Part shown: positions 26,489 to 40,300 of the stretch, in pieces | How the letters are laid out: every line of letters begins with the position of its first letter | How positions within the stretch are numbered: position 1 is the first letter of the stretch | Assembly (NCBI GenBank): GCA_964016885.1 | Contig: OZ024744.1 | Span: 79,980,001 to 80,044,000 of the forward strand | From: Eledone cirrhosa | Taxonomy: Eukaryota | Length of the DNA stretch: 64,000 bases | Reading direction: 5' to 3' | Notes under the pieces: model-generated | Told to the model about the DNA's origin: nothing | Seen by the model: the letters and a program-made list of their open reading frames with translations, nothing else | Database searches by the model: none | Program-made: the position numbers and the translations under genes

Positions 26489-26717
26489 AAAAAAGATGAA
26501 ATCAAAAATGCAACTGGAGTCTTTTTTTTTTTAAATATATATTTATTTGGTTCCTTTACCGGTTTCACAGTTCTAATATCTGTGAAAAACCATCTCAATT
26601 CTACTTTTGAAAAGCAGAAGAACTGTGAAACCGGTAAAGGAACTAAATAAATATATATTTTTTTTTTAATTTTCGATTTCATCTTTTTCAATTTCATCTT
26701 TTTTCCTTATAATTTCA

Positions 26718-26830
26718 CTCAAGTCGGTCCTTCGTAAAGACCTGAAGATCCGTCTCTTCGTTGCTGTACTGTGCTGCTGTACGGGTCTGAGACTTGGACA
26801 CTGACCAAGAAACTCACTCAAATAGATAGA
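26718..26830 (+). mobile_element. LINE remnant
   Basis: KDLKIRLF...LLYGSETWTLTKK. Confidence 0.7.
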
Positions 26831-26850
26831 TATACAAACACACACACACA

Positions 26851-26881
<31 letters not shown>

Positions 26882-26916
26882 AAGAGAGAAAGAGAGAGAG
26901 AAAAAGAGAGAGAGAG

Positions 26917-26997
<81 letters not shown>

Positions 26998-27476
26998 AGG
27001 GGTTAACAGAGCAGGGATGTGCGGATCACACCATGGTCTGTCGGCTGTGAAGCAGATAAAATCATTACATTTTTTCAAAATTTAAAGGTTTCTTAGAAAC
27101 TTTCTGTTTACTTTAGGTTTTGCCGTCTGAAGAACTCAGGCTCTCATAACTGATAGTCCTCAGTGAAATATGTATAACGGGGTCTTAAATAAACCTGAAT
27201 CAACTGAATATGACCTCCGATCTTTTATTGATTATATATATATATATATATATAGTTAGTTCAAGTAAACAACAGAGATACAAAAATCTTATTAGTTTCA
27301 CACTTTATATGGAAAAGGGGAAAGAAAGTTTGACGTGTCGGGCTTTAGACCTTCTTCAGGAGTATAAAAATAAAGACAGGATCACTAAGGATGTATATAT
27401 TATAACATACACACACTCCACACACAGATTATATGATTTAGATACAACAACCACCACCACTACAAGATATGTTTTT

Positions 27477-27655
27477 GGCAGTATCGGTAGAGGGTCGGAC
27501 GCCATGCTTTGCAGCAAAGAGTTGCGCCCCTTTATGATCTGAGTTCAAATCCCTCCAAGGTTAACTTTGCCTTTCATCCTTACGGGGTCGATAAAATAAA
27601 GTACCAGTAATACACTGGGATAATTGCTGGCCTTGTGCCAAAAATAGACAATTAT
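27477..27655 (+). mobile_element. SINE family A copy
   Basis: Full consensus match. Confidence 0.9.
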
Positions 27656-27839
27656 TTTCTATACTAAAAGAACTGGTTTTAGCCTTGTAGCCCCATGACA
27701 TGAAGTCCTTTGTGAGGCAAGGCTTTTTACAGTTGGATACCCTTCCTGGTACCAAACTCCTATAGACGTCTCTGATAATACACAGAGGTGTACAGTGTGC
27801 TGTGTCTATTCTAAACTAGAATTATACATAAAATGTAGC

Positions 27840-28123
27840 GTCAAACACACATACACACAGAGAGACACATAGACATACATACATACATACATACACACCA
27901 AGAAACTGACACACACAAACACAAACAGAAACAGACAAACACACACATACACCAACAGACACACACAGAGAAACAGATACACACAAACAAGCAGAAACAA
28001 CACACAAAAACACACACACACACAGAGAAACAGACATATATACATGCATACATACACGTATATACATATACATATATACACATATATATACATATATACA
28101 CACACACACACACATATATATAT

Positions 28124-28166
<43 letters not shown>

Positions 28167-28209
28167 CATACATATATACACACACACACACATATATATA
28201 CATACATAT

Positions 28210-28258
<49 letters not shown>

Positions 28259-28268
28259 CACACACACA

Positions 28269-28310
<42 letters not shown>

Positions 28311-29195
28311 CACACATATATTAATACAACTCTGTTTAGTAAGCAAAATTATCACTCACCATAACCCCGCGTGTGTAACTAACAGATCAACAATTATAAT
28401 TGCCAGGTGTAATGTTAGAATAGAAATATATATATTATATAATATCAAAAATATTTGACATTATCACACATGGTTTCAGCAGTCAACTAAAATAAGAAAC
28501 AACAACAATAAGAAACAACAACAATAACAACAGCAACAATAACAACAATAACAAATCTAGGAAATTACTAACTAGGTGTGGGTGTGTTGATGTGTAGAGG
28601 TATGAAAGAGGGGGAGAGAGGTAGATTATGGACAGGACAGGACAGGACTAGGTAGGGAGGGTTGAAGCAAAAGGGAAGGGCAAGAGAGGCGAGTGTGTAT
28701 GTGTGTGTGGTGAATAGTTGATAAAATTGAAGTTTTTTTTAAAAGTTTTTTTTTTATTTTTTGTTGTGTTCTTTGTTACTTTTATTTATATAAAAACAAA
28801 AAAAAAATAAGTAAAACGAGGACTGGTCTAACAACTGATTCTATAGCCTCACTTTCTAGTTTTATTAACACAGACAGGTACACACACACACACACATACA
28901 TACGCATTCATTCATTCATGCACATACATATAGATACACACAAATAGATACATACATACATACATACATACATACATACATACACACTGATGGACTCACT
29001 GACAGATAAATGTGCACGCATAGATACACATAGATGTTTACACAGATTCACATACACACACACACACACAGAAACATACAACCATGCACACAAGCGCAGA
29101 CAGGTACACATACATACGCACTCATGCATGCACTGACAAACACACACCTACACACATTGATGCACTCACAGGAAAATGTGGACGCATAGATACAG

Positions 29196-29230
<35 letters not shown>

Positions 29231-30050
29231 CACAGACAGACACACATGCACAGGCAGGTACACATACATACACACATATATACTCATTTATGCACTGATA
29301 CGTACAGACACATATATACACGGATGCACTCACAGAGATAAATGTGTACGCAGATACACACACACACATACCTACACAAACAGACACATAAAAACAACCA
29401 TATACACACATGCACAAACAGGTACACATACATACACACAGTGACAGATAAATGTACACACACATACAGACACATATACAAACATGGACACATACAGACA
29501 TTGACACATACGCATTCATGCATGCAGAGACAGATAAATGTGTACTCGAAGACATACATATATGTATACATATATTCACACACACACACCCACACAGACA
29601 AATGCTTACAGAAACAACCATACACAGACAGGCACACATACAGATAAATGTGCACACACACACACACACATACACACATACACACACACACACAGATGAA
29701 TACAGATTCACACAGACACCAACTCACACAACCATACGATGCGTATAGTCGTTGGTATATACACATGTATTTGCATATGCATGTGAGTATGTGTGTATAG
29801 ACAGACAGACACACACATACATACATGCGCACAAATACAGACACAGAAAAAGAAGCAGATAGAGATAGAGGGGCAGAGGGTGGGAGAGAGAGAGAGACAT
29901 ACACATACACGCGCACACATACAGATACAGAAAAAGAAGCAGAGAGATAGATAGAGAGGGGGGGGGCAGACAGACGCGCGCAGACACAGAGAGAGAATGA
30001 GGAGGAAAGCGGGCAGACATACACATAGACACGCACACTTACACACACAT
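27840..30050. repeat. CA/TA low-complexity tracts interrupted by unique sequence at about 28320-28880
   Basis: Direct observation. Confidence 0.9.
28360..28378 (-). CDS. Candidate 19-nt micro-exon LHTRGY
   Basis: gatctgttag|TTACACACGCGGGGTTATG|gtgagt, a unique island between microsatellites. Confidence 0.35.
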
Positions 30051-30142
30051 TTGATTGATTGAGATGAAAAGAAAACAGGTGTAGTGGATTAAACATTGAA
30101 GTGTTGATGACAATGTAAACTACTTTGAACACTGAGGAAATA

Positions 30143-30690
30143 CTGGTCTATACAGACAGTGTATATACACTGTCGATAGACCGATAGACTATGGTCTATA
30201 GAAAGTGTATATATACTGTCTATTGACCATGGCCTATAGAAAGTGTATATACACTGTCTATTGACCACAGCCTATAGAAAGTATATATACACTGTCTATA
30301 GAAAATGGCTTATAGACAGTGTACATACATTTTCTATAGACCACAGCCTATAGAAAGTGTATATACACTGACCATGGCCTACAGAGTGTACTATCATGGT
30401 CTTCAGATACTGTATATACACTGTCGATAGACCGTGATCTACAGAGTGTATATACACTTTCTATAGACCATGGTCAATAGACAGAGTATATACACTTTCT
30501 ATAGGCCATGGTCTATAGACAGTGTATATACACTTTTTATAGGCTGTGGCTAAAGAAAGCGTATGTACACTAGGCCATGGCATTGTATATACCCTGTTGA
30601 TAGACCATGGTCTATAGAGAGTATATATATACACAACCTATAGAAAATGGCCTATAGACAGTATAAATAAAATGTCTAATTGTCAGCCTA
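30143..30690. repeat. Tandem array of ~38-bp palindromic units
   Basis: Unit ccatggtctatagacagtgtatatacactgtctataga, degenerate. Confidence 0.85.
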
Positions 30691-31818
30691 TAGGCATGTG
30701 ACCTAGCAAGCCTTCTGGCACTAAGGAGCTTTTGAGGCTTAAGCCCCTCAAATAATCTGTTTCAATATAGTTGTGCTTTGGTTTTTTTACCATACTGATT
30801 TTCTGTTGACTCTAAATATGTTAGTATAATCATGTTTTTAATTTGTACAGTATACATATCTTTAACCATCCCACTCCACCTCCCAAAACTGCAACGGAAG
30901 CTCTGCTTAGTGGTAAGGGTGTTGGACCACTGATTTCAATGTCATGGGTTTGATTCTTGGGACAGGATTCATGCTGCGTTCTTTAGCAATACACTTCATT
31001 TCACGTTTCTCCAGTCTACTCACCTGAAAATAAGTCCCAGCAATAGCTGGGGGGTGGGGGGGTTTAACCATGTGATGGGCTGGTGTCTTGACCAGAGAGG
31101 GAGGGAAATCTTGTATTCTCAGTCGCTTCACACCAAAGGAAACCGAGATAAGCACCAGCCTGATGAGCTTCTGGGCTTGAGTCAGACTTTAGACTTGGAC
31201 TATAAACATGGTCCATAGACAATATTTAACCATGGTCTATATACATGGCTTCTTCCCCTCTCTCATGTGCGTGTGGTTTTTGGTCAATATATATGATTTA
31301 TACGGATAGTCTTTATACAAAGTCTATGGATGATCTATGTACATTAAGGGCAGTATATATGATCTATATATAAAAATAAATAATATAAGATCTTAAACTT
31401 CATATCATGTCTCCCTATTTTATCTGATGAGAACGCAAGTATCATCCCATGATGATATTTGTTTTTGAAATGCGCATAATAAAATACATGGAACTCTTTT
31501 AACCATCTTTTGATCTTATATTATTTATACTCAAGTCCTATAAACAGTTGAGTGCTACTTACCCGATATTTGCATCGCTTTATTGTGCTACAATAAAACT
31601 CACCTACATATAAAAATAAATATGTATGTGTAAGTTCTATATCCATGGTGTGTGTTCCGTCCAAATACATGGTTTATGCATAGTCCATATTATATAGCGT
31701 ATACATGGCTCAAAGGATAACAAGAGTGTGGGATACGTATGACTGCTATTTATTTTTTTTATATATATTAAAGGAAGATTTTAGGACTGGATGCTTTTCC
31801 ACAAGCTCACACATGCAT

Positions 31819-31873
<55 letters not shown>

Positions 31874-31962
31874 AGCAAACACACACACATATACACACCA
31901 GGTAGCACACACACACACACCAACAAGCTCTCTCTCTCTCTCATACACACACCAACAAGCAA

Positions 31963-32010
<48 letters not shown>

Positions 32011-32413
32011 AGATCAAAAGAGAGTGCTTCTTATCCGATATCTGCATTGCTTTATTGTACTACAATAAAACTCACCTCCTACATTATATATATATATATA
32101 TACACACCAGGTAGCACTCACACACAAACACACCAACAAGCTCACACACATATATAAACACACCAACAAGCTCTCACACACACACTTATATACATTATTA
32201 TTATTATTTTATATATACCAAAATGGCACATACACACTCTCAGACACACATATTCACATATACACAAACTAACGTACACGCGCACACTACCAAATGGCTT
32301 TCATAAAATACACACACACACACACATATATATACATACATACATACATAGATAAACACACAAACACGGACTGATTCAACAATTGTTTTCGTATAGGTGT
32401 ATCTCAACAGTTC

Positions 32414-32427
32414 GTTGCTATAGCAAC
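32414..32427. promoter_or_regulatory. Palindromic RFX X-box-like motif GTTGCTATAGCAAC
   Basis: Exact 14-bp palindrome closely fitting the RFX consensus, in non-repetitive sequence. Confidence 0.5.
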
Positions 32428-34316
32428 TCTATAGAGGTGTGGTAATGTCTGCCAAAGCAAATATATTTTACACTTCTGCACTTCCTCAGTTATTTCATTC
32501 AGATCTCATTTATTCATTTATCTTCTATGTCCACACGGGTTTGCTGCGTTTGCTTTGCAATGCCTTTAACGTCTCTACATCAAAGGTTCACCATTTTTTT
32601 TTTTTTCCAGACCATCGCTCCCTTTTTCATAAAAATTCCCTCTCCCCCGTCACTGTAAAGTTGATAAAAAAAATTATACATTGAAAAATAAATTTTAATA
32701 ATTAAAAAAAAAAATTATCTAAACATTTATTGTATAACTAAAAGTGACAGTTTTACGAGCAAGAAAAAATTGTATTTTTTTTGCCCCTCTAGAGGCAGCT
32801 ATTAAATTGTATTCTTTGCTAATTTCTTCCTTCAGTAAACTTTGCCTTCCAAAGACCCCCCCCCCCCTCCCACTGTCCCTTTGCCTTCCAGTACTCCTCT
32901 TCAATTTCCTAGCCCCCTTCACTCCGATGTGTGTTATGGTGGTGGTGGATTTTTCCCACACTAAGCTTTGCCTTCCAACAGCTCCCCTCCTACTGACACT
33001 TTGCCTCCAGCACTCTTCTTGAATTTCCTAGCCCTCCTTTCCCCCTCCGAGGTCTGATATGGTGGTGGCGGTGACAGCAATTCAATTTTTTTTCAGGACT
33101 GAGTGATGTATTGTGTCCTTGAGCAAGACACTTTATTTTTACATTACTCCAGTGATCTGATGCCATATCATCCCTTTCTACAGTATTAATGATATCGAAA
33201 GGTCTAGAAACAACAAACTGATCTGTTGCTGAGACCGCTTCTCGTTTCTCCATAGCAGAATAAGACAGGGTCATCCGTTTTATCGCTGTGTGTCACAAGG
33301 CATTTAAAACGATTCTCATCGGGAAGGACATACAGCCATGAATGCATACATGTTCATGTAACTCCTGGTGGCGTCATAAGGGCACCGTATTGACAGACAA
33401 TGTTATTAGGACATTTTTTAAACCTGGCAGAACCCATCTCCTCTCCAGGTCTGAATACAGCAGATTTCTTTCAGAGAAGGATAGAAAGTGAGAGATAGAG
33501 GAAGTATTTACTCCAGTATTAGACTGGTACTTTTTTTTATCGACCTCAGATGCATGAAAGGCAAAGTTACCCTCAGTGAAATTTGAACTCAGAGAGCAGT
33601 AACAAATACTGCAAAGCACTCTATCCAACGTTTTAACGACTCTGCCAATTTTAGAGGAATTTAATAAAATAACTGTCTCATTATTAAGGACAATCGACTG
33701 GCAGTATCGATACTCGGACACCATGCTTCGCGACAGAGAGCTACTGCCCTTTACGTTCTGAGTTCAAATCCTGCCCTACCAGTGAGTACTAGGATCGATT
33801 TAATTGATTTTCCCCCCTCCCCTTCAAATGCTGGCCTTGTGCCTAAAGTAGAAACAATTTTTAAGTTGGTGTTTGTAACATAGCTTAACACAGGTTATTG
33901 CATAAAACTACTATGGATGGTTTTTAAATAAATGTAAACAGATTTCTATCATAGAACCAGAGGCGGTTTCAGGTGGTTTGACATCAAACAGGTTAATAAC
34001 GCGATGTAATTTGTTGGGTGAGGTTCAAGTTACATTCAATGGGTTGAGTCATCAGAAAGATTGTCTTTATATACATCCCACACTGTACAAAATACTGTTA
34101 TATCTGTCGAGAGCAGAGAGAGTTTAACCCTTTAGCATTTACATTACTCTATTTACTATTATATTTTCACGGCAAAGGCTTTACCTCACATATATATTTA
34201 TCTCAGTGGATTTGCAGCATTAATACGGCCCTTTACAATACGAGTTCAAATCCTGCTGAGGTTAACTTCGCTTTTCATCCATACGGAGTCGATAAAATAA
34301 AGTACCAGTAAACAAA

Positions 34317-37300
34317 AGTGGTAACAGTTCTAAGAAAGACTATATCCCATCATTAGCTTCCTACACTGTAAATAACAGTGGTAACAGTTCTGAGAAAGAC
34401 TATATAGTCCAGCACTAGCTTCCTACACTGTAAATAACAGTGGTAACAGTTCTGAGAAAGACTATATAGTCCATCACTAGCTTCCTACACTGTAAATAAC
34501 AGTGGTAACAGTTCTGAGAAAGATTATATAGTCCAGCACTAGCTTCCTACACTGTAAATAACAGTGGTAACAGCTCTGAGAAAGACTATATAGTCCAGCA
34601 CTAGCTTCCTACGCTGTAAATAACAGTGGTAACAGTTCTTAGAAAGACTTTATAGTCCAGCACTAGCTTCCTACACTGTGAATAACAATGGTAACAGCTC
34701 TGAGAAAGACTATATAGTCCAGCACTAGCTTCCTACACTGTAAATAACAGTGGTAACAGTTCTGAGAAAGACTTTATAGTCCAGCACTAGCTTCCTACAC
34801 TGTAAATAACAGTGGTAACAGTTCTGAGAAAGACTTTATAGTCCAGCACTAGCTTCCTACACTGTAAATAACAGTGGTAACAGTTCTGAGAAAGACTATA
34901 TAGTCCAGCACTAGCTTCCTACACTGTAAATAACAGTGGTAACAGTTCTGAGAAAGACTATATAGTCCAGCACTAGCTTACTACACTGTAAATAACAGTG
35001 GTAACAGTTCTGAGAAGGATTATATAGTCCAGCACTAGCTTCCTACACTGTAAATAACAGTGGTAACAGTTCTGAGAAAGACTATATAGTCCAGCACTAG
35101 CTTCCTACACTGTAAATAACAGTGGTAACAGTTCTGAGAAGAACTATATAGTCCAGCACTAGCTTCCTACACTGTAAATAACAGTGGTAACAGTACTGAG
35201 AAAGACTATATAGTCCAGCACTAGCTTCCTACACTGTAAATAACAGTGGTAACAGTTCTGAGAAGGATTATATAGTCCAGCACTAGCTTCCTACACTGTA
35301 AATAACAGTGGTAACAGTTCTGAGAAAGACTATATAGTCCAGCACTAGCTTCCTACACTGTAAATAATAGTGGTAACAGTTCTGAGAAGGACTATATAGT
35401 CCAGCACTAGCTTCCTACACTGTAAATAACAGTGGTAACAGTACTGAGAAAGACTATATAGTCCAGCACTAGCTTCCTACACTGTAAATAACAGTGGTAA
35501 CAGTTCTGAGAAGGACTATATAGTCCAGCACTAGCTTCCTACACTGTAAATAACAGTGGTAACAGTACTGAGAAAGACTATATAGTCCAGCACTAGCTTC
35601 CTACACTGTAAATAACAGTGGTAACAGTTCTGAGAAGGATTATATAGTCCAGCACTAGCTTCCTACACTGTAAATAACAGTGGTAACAGTTCTGAGAAAG
35701 ACTATATAGTCCAGCACTAGCTTCCTACACTGTAAATAACAGTGGTAACAGCTCAGAGAAGGACTATATATCCCAGCACTAGTTTCCTACACTGTAAATA
35801 ACAGTGGTAACAGTTCTGAGAAGGACTATATAGTCCAGCACTAGCTTCCTACACTGTAAATAACAGTGGTAACAGTTCTGAGAAGGACTATATAGTCCAG
35901 CACTAGCTTCCTACACTGTAAATAACAGTGGTAACAGTTCTGAGAAAGACTATATAGTCCAGCACTAGCTTCCTACACTGTAAATAACAGTGGTAACAGT
36001 TCTGAGAAAGACTATATAGTCCAGCACTAGTTTCCTACACTGTAAATAACAGTGGTAACAGTTCTGAGAAAGACTATATAGTCCAGCACTAGCTTCCTAC
36101 ACTGTAAATAACAGTGGTAACAGTTCTGAGGACTATATAGTCCAGCACTAGCTTCCTACACTGTAAATAACAGTGGTAACAGTTCTGAGAAAGACTATAT
36201 AGTCCAGCACTAGCTTCCTACACTGTAAATAACAGTGGTAACAGTTCTGAGAAGGACTATATAGTCCAGCACTAGTTTCCTACACTGTAAATAACAGTGG
36301 TAACAGTTCTGAGAAAGACTATATAGTCCAGCACTAGCTTCCTACACTGTAAATAACAGTGGTAACAGTACTGAGAAAGACTATATAGTCCAGCACTAGC
36401 TTCCTACACTGTAAATAACAGTGGTAACAGTTCTGAGAAAGACTATATAGTCCAGCACTAGCTTCCTAAACTGTAAATAACAGTGGTAACAGTACTGAGA
36501 AAGACTATATAGTCCAGCACTAGCTTCCTACACTGTAAATAACAGTGGTAACAGTACTGAGAAAGACTATATAGTCCAGCACTAGCTTCCTACACTGTAA
36601 ATAACAGTGGTAACAGTTCTGAGAAAGACTATATAGTCCAGCACTAGCTTCCTACACTGTAAATAACAGTGGTAACAGTTCTGAGAAAGACTATATAGTC
36701 CAGCACTAACTTCCTACACTGTAAATAACAGTGGTAACAGTTCTGAGAAAGACTATATAGTCCAGCACTAGCTTCCTACACTGTAAATAACAGTGGTAAC
36801 AGTACTGAGAAAGACTATATAGTCCAGCACTAGCTTCCTACACTGTAAATAACAGTGGTAACAGTTCTGAGAAAGACTATATAGTCCAGCACTAGCTTCT
36901 AACACTGTAAATAACAGTGGTAACAGTTCTGAGAAAGACTATATAGTCCATCACTAGCTTCCTACACTGTAAATAACAGTGGTAACAGTTCTGAGAAAGA
37001 CTATATAGTCCAGCACTAGCTTCCTACACTGTAAATAACAGTGGTAACAGTTCTGAGAAAGACTATATAGTCCAGCACTAGCTTCCTACACTGTAAATAA
37101 CAGTGGTAACAGTTCTGAGAAGGACTATATAGTCCAGCACTAGCTTCCTACACTGTAAATAACAGTGGTAACAGTTCTGAGAAAGACTATATAGTCCAGC
37201 ACTAGCTTCCTACACTGTAAATAACAGTGGTAACAGTTCTGAGAAGGACTATATAGTCCAGCACTAGCTTCCTACACTGTAAATAACAGTGGTAACAGTT

Positions 37301-40300
37301 CTGAGAAAGACTATATAGTCCAGCACTAGCTTCCTACACTGTAAATAACAGTGGTAACAGTTCTGAGAAGGACTATATAGTCCAGCACTAGCTTCCTACA
37401 CTATAAATAACAGTGGTAACAGTTCTGAGAAGGACTATATAGTCCAGCACTAGCTTCCTACACTGTAAATAACAGTGGTAACAGTTCTGAGAAAGACTAT
37501 ATAGTCCAGCACTAGCTTCCTACACTGTAAATAACAGTGGTAACAGTTCTGAGAAAGACTATATAGTCCAGCACTAGCTTCTTACACTGTAAATAACAGT
37601 GGTAACAGTTCTGAGAAAGACTATATAGTCCAGCACTAGTTTCCTACACTGTAAATAACAGTGGTAACAGTTCTGAGAAAGACTATATAGTCCAGCACTA
37701 GCTTCCTACACTGTAAATAACAGTGGTAACAGTACTGAGAAAGACTATATAGTCCAGCACTAGCTTCCTACACTGTAAATAACAGTGGTAACAGTTCTGA
37801 GAAGGACTATATAGTCCAGCACTAGCTTCCTACACTGTAAATAACAGTGGTAACAGTTCTGAGAAAGACTATATAGTCCAGCACTAGCTTCCTACACTGT
37901 AAATAACAGTGGTAACAGTTCTGAGAAAGACTATATAGTCCAGCACTAGCTTCCTACACTGTGAATAACAGTGGTAACAGCTCTGAGAAAGACTATATAG
38001 TCCAGCACTAGCTTCTAACACTGTAAATAACAGTGGTAACAGCTCTGAGAAAGACTATATAGTCCAGCACTAGCTTCCTACACTGTGAATAACAGTGGTA
38101 ACAGCTCTGAGAAAGACTATATAGTCCAGCACTAGCTTCCTACACTGTGAATAACAGTGGTAACAGCTCTGAGAAAGACTATATAGTCCAGCACTAGCTT
38201 CCTACACTGTGAATAACAGTGGTAACAGTTCTGAGAAGGACTATATAGTCCAGCACTAGCTTCTAACACTGTAAATAACAGTGGTAACAGCTCTGAGAAA
38301 GACTATATAGTCCAGCACTAGCTTCCTACACTGTGAATAACAGTGGTAACAGCTCTGAGAAAGACTATATAGTCCAGCACTAGCTTCCTACACTGTGAAT
38401 AACAGTGGTAACAGCTCTGAGAAAGACTATATAGTCCAGCACTAGCTTCCTACACTGTGAATAACAGTGGTAACAGTTCTGAGAAGGACTATATAGTCCA
38501 GCACTAGCTTCCTACACTGTAAATAACATTGGTAACAGTTCTGAGAAGGACTATATAGTCCAGCACTAGCTTCCTACACTGTAAATAACAGTGGTACCAG
38601 TACTGAGAAAGACTATATAGTCCAGCACTAGCTTCCTACACTGTGAATAACAGTGGTAACAGTTCTGAGAAAGACTATATAGTCCAGCACTAGCTTCTAA
38701 CACTGTAAATAACAGTGGTAACAGCTCTGAGAAAGACTATATAGTCCAGCACTAGCTTCCTACACTGTGAATAACAGTGGTAACAGCTCTGAGAAAGACT
38801 ATATAGTCCAGCACTAGCTTCCTACACTGTAAATAACAGTGGTAACAGTTCTGAGAAAGACTATATAGTCCAGCACTAGCTTCTAACACTGTAAATATCA
38901 GTGTTAACAGTTCTGAGAAAGACTATATAGTCCAGCACTAGCTTCCTACACTGTAAATAACAGTGGTAACAGTTCTGAGAAAGACTATATAGTCCAGCAC
39001 TAGCTTCCTACACTGTAAATAACAGTGGTAACAGTTCTGAGAAGGACTATATAGTCCAGCACTAGCTTCCTACACTGTAAATAACAGTGGTACCAGTTCT
39101 GAGAAAGACTATATAGTCCAGCACTAGCTTCCTACACTGTAAATAACAGTGGTAACAGTTCTGAGAAAGACTATATAGTCCAGCACTAGCTTCCTACACT
39201 GTAAATAACAGTGGTAACAGTTCTGAGAAGGACTATATAGTCCAGCACTAGCTTCTTACACTGTAAATAACAGTGGTACCAGTTCTGAGAAAGACTATAT
39301 AGTCCAGCACTAGCTTCTAACACTGTAAATATCAGTGTTAACAGTTCTGAGAAAGACTATATAGTCCAGCACTAGTTTCCTACACTGTAAATAACAGTGG
39401 TAACAGTTCTGAGAAAGACTATATAGTCCAGCACTAGCTTCCTACACTGTAAATAACAGTGGTAACAGCTCTGAGAAAGACTATATAGTCCAGCACTAGC
39501 TTCCTACACTGTGAATAACAGTGGTAACAGCTCTGAGAAAGACTATATAGTCCAGCACTAGCTTCCTACACTGTGAATAACAGTGGTAACAGTTCTGAGA
39601 AGGACTATATAGTCCAGCACTAGCTTCCTACACTGTAAATAACATTGGTAACAGTTCTGAGAAGGACTATATAGTCCAGCACTAGCTTCCTACACTGTAA
39701 ATAACAGTGGTACCAGTACTGAGAAAGACTATATAGTCCAGCACTAGCTTCCTACACTGTGAATAACAGTGGTAACAGTTCTGAGAAAGACTATATAGTC
39801 CAGCACTAGCTTCTAACACTGTAAATAACAGTGGTAACAGCTCTGAGAAAGACTATATAGTCCAGCACTAGCTTCCTACACTGTGAATAACAGTGGTAAC
39901 AGCTCTGAGAAAGACTATATAGTCCAGCACTAGCTTCCTACACTGTAAATAACAGTGGTAACAGTTCTGAGAAAGACTATATAGTCCAGCACTAGCTTCT
40001 AACACTGTAAATATCAGTGTTAACAGTTCTGAGAAAGACTATATAGTCCAGCACTAGCTTCCTACACTGTAAATAACAGTGGTAACAGTTCTGAGAAAGA
40101 CTATATAGTCCAGCACTAGCTTCCTACACTGTAAATAACAGTGGTAACAGCTCTGAGAAAGACTATATAGTCCAGCACTAGCTTCTTACACTGTAAATAA
40201 CAGTGGTACCAGTTCTGAGAAAGACTATATAGTCCAGCACTAGCTTCTAACACTGTAAATATCAGTGTTAACAGTTCTGAGAAAGACTATATAGTCCAGC

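Noticed and set aside
27806-30132. Many long CV/YI/HT-rich ORFs
   Set aside because: Dinucleotide-repeat translations
33150-33280. Host exon (ORF 32990-33274)
   Set aside because: Partly SINE sequence; the rest resembles a decayed RT motif (LFLDLS..NTVER) and lacks convincing splice sites
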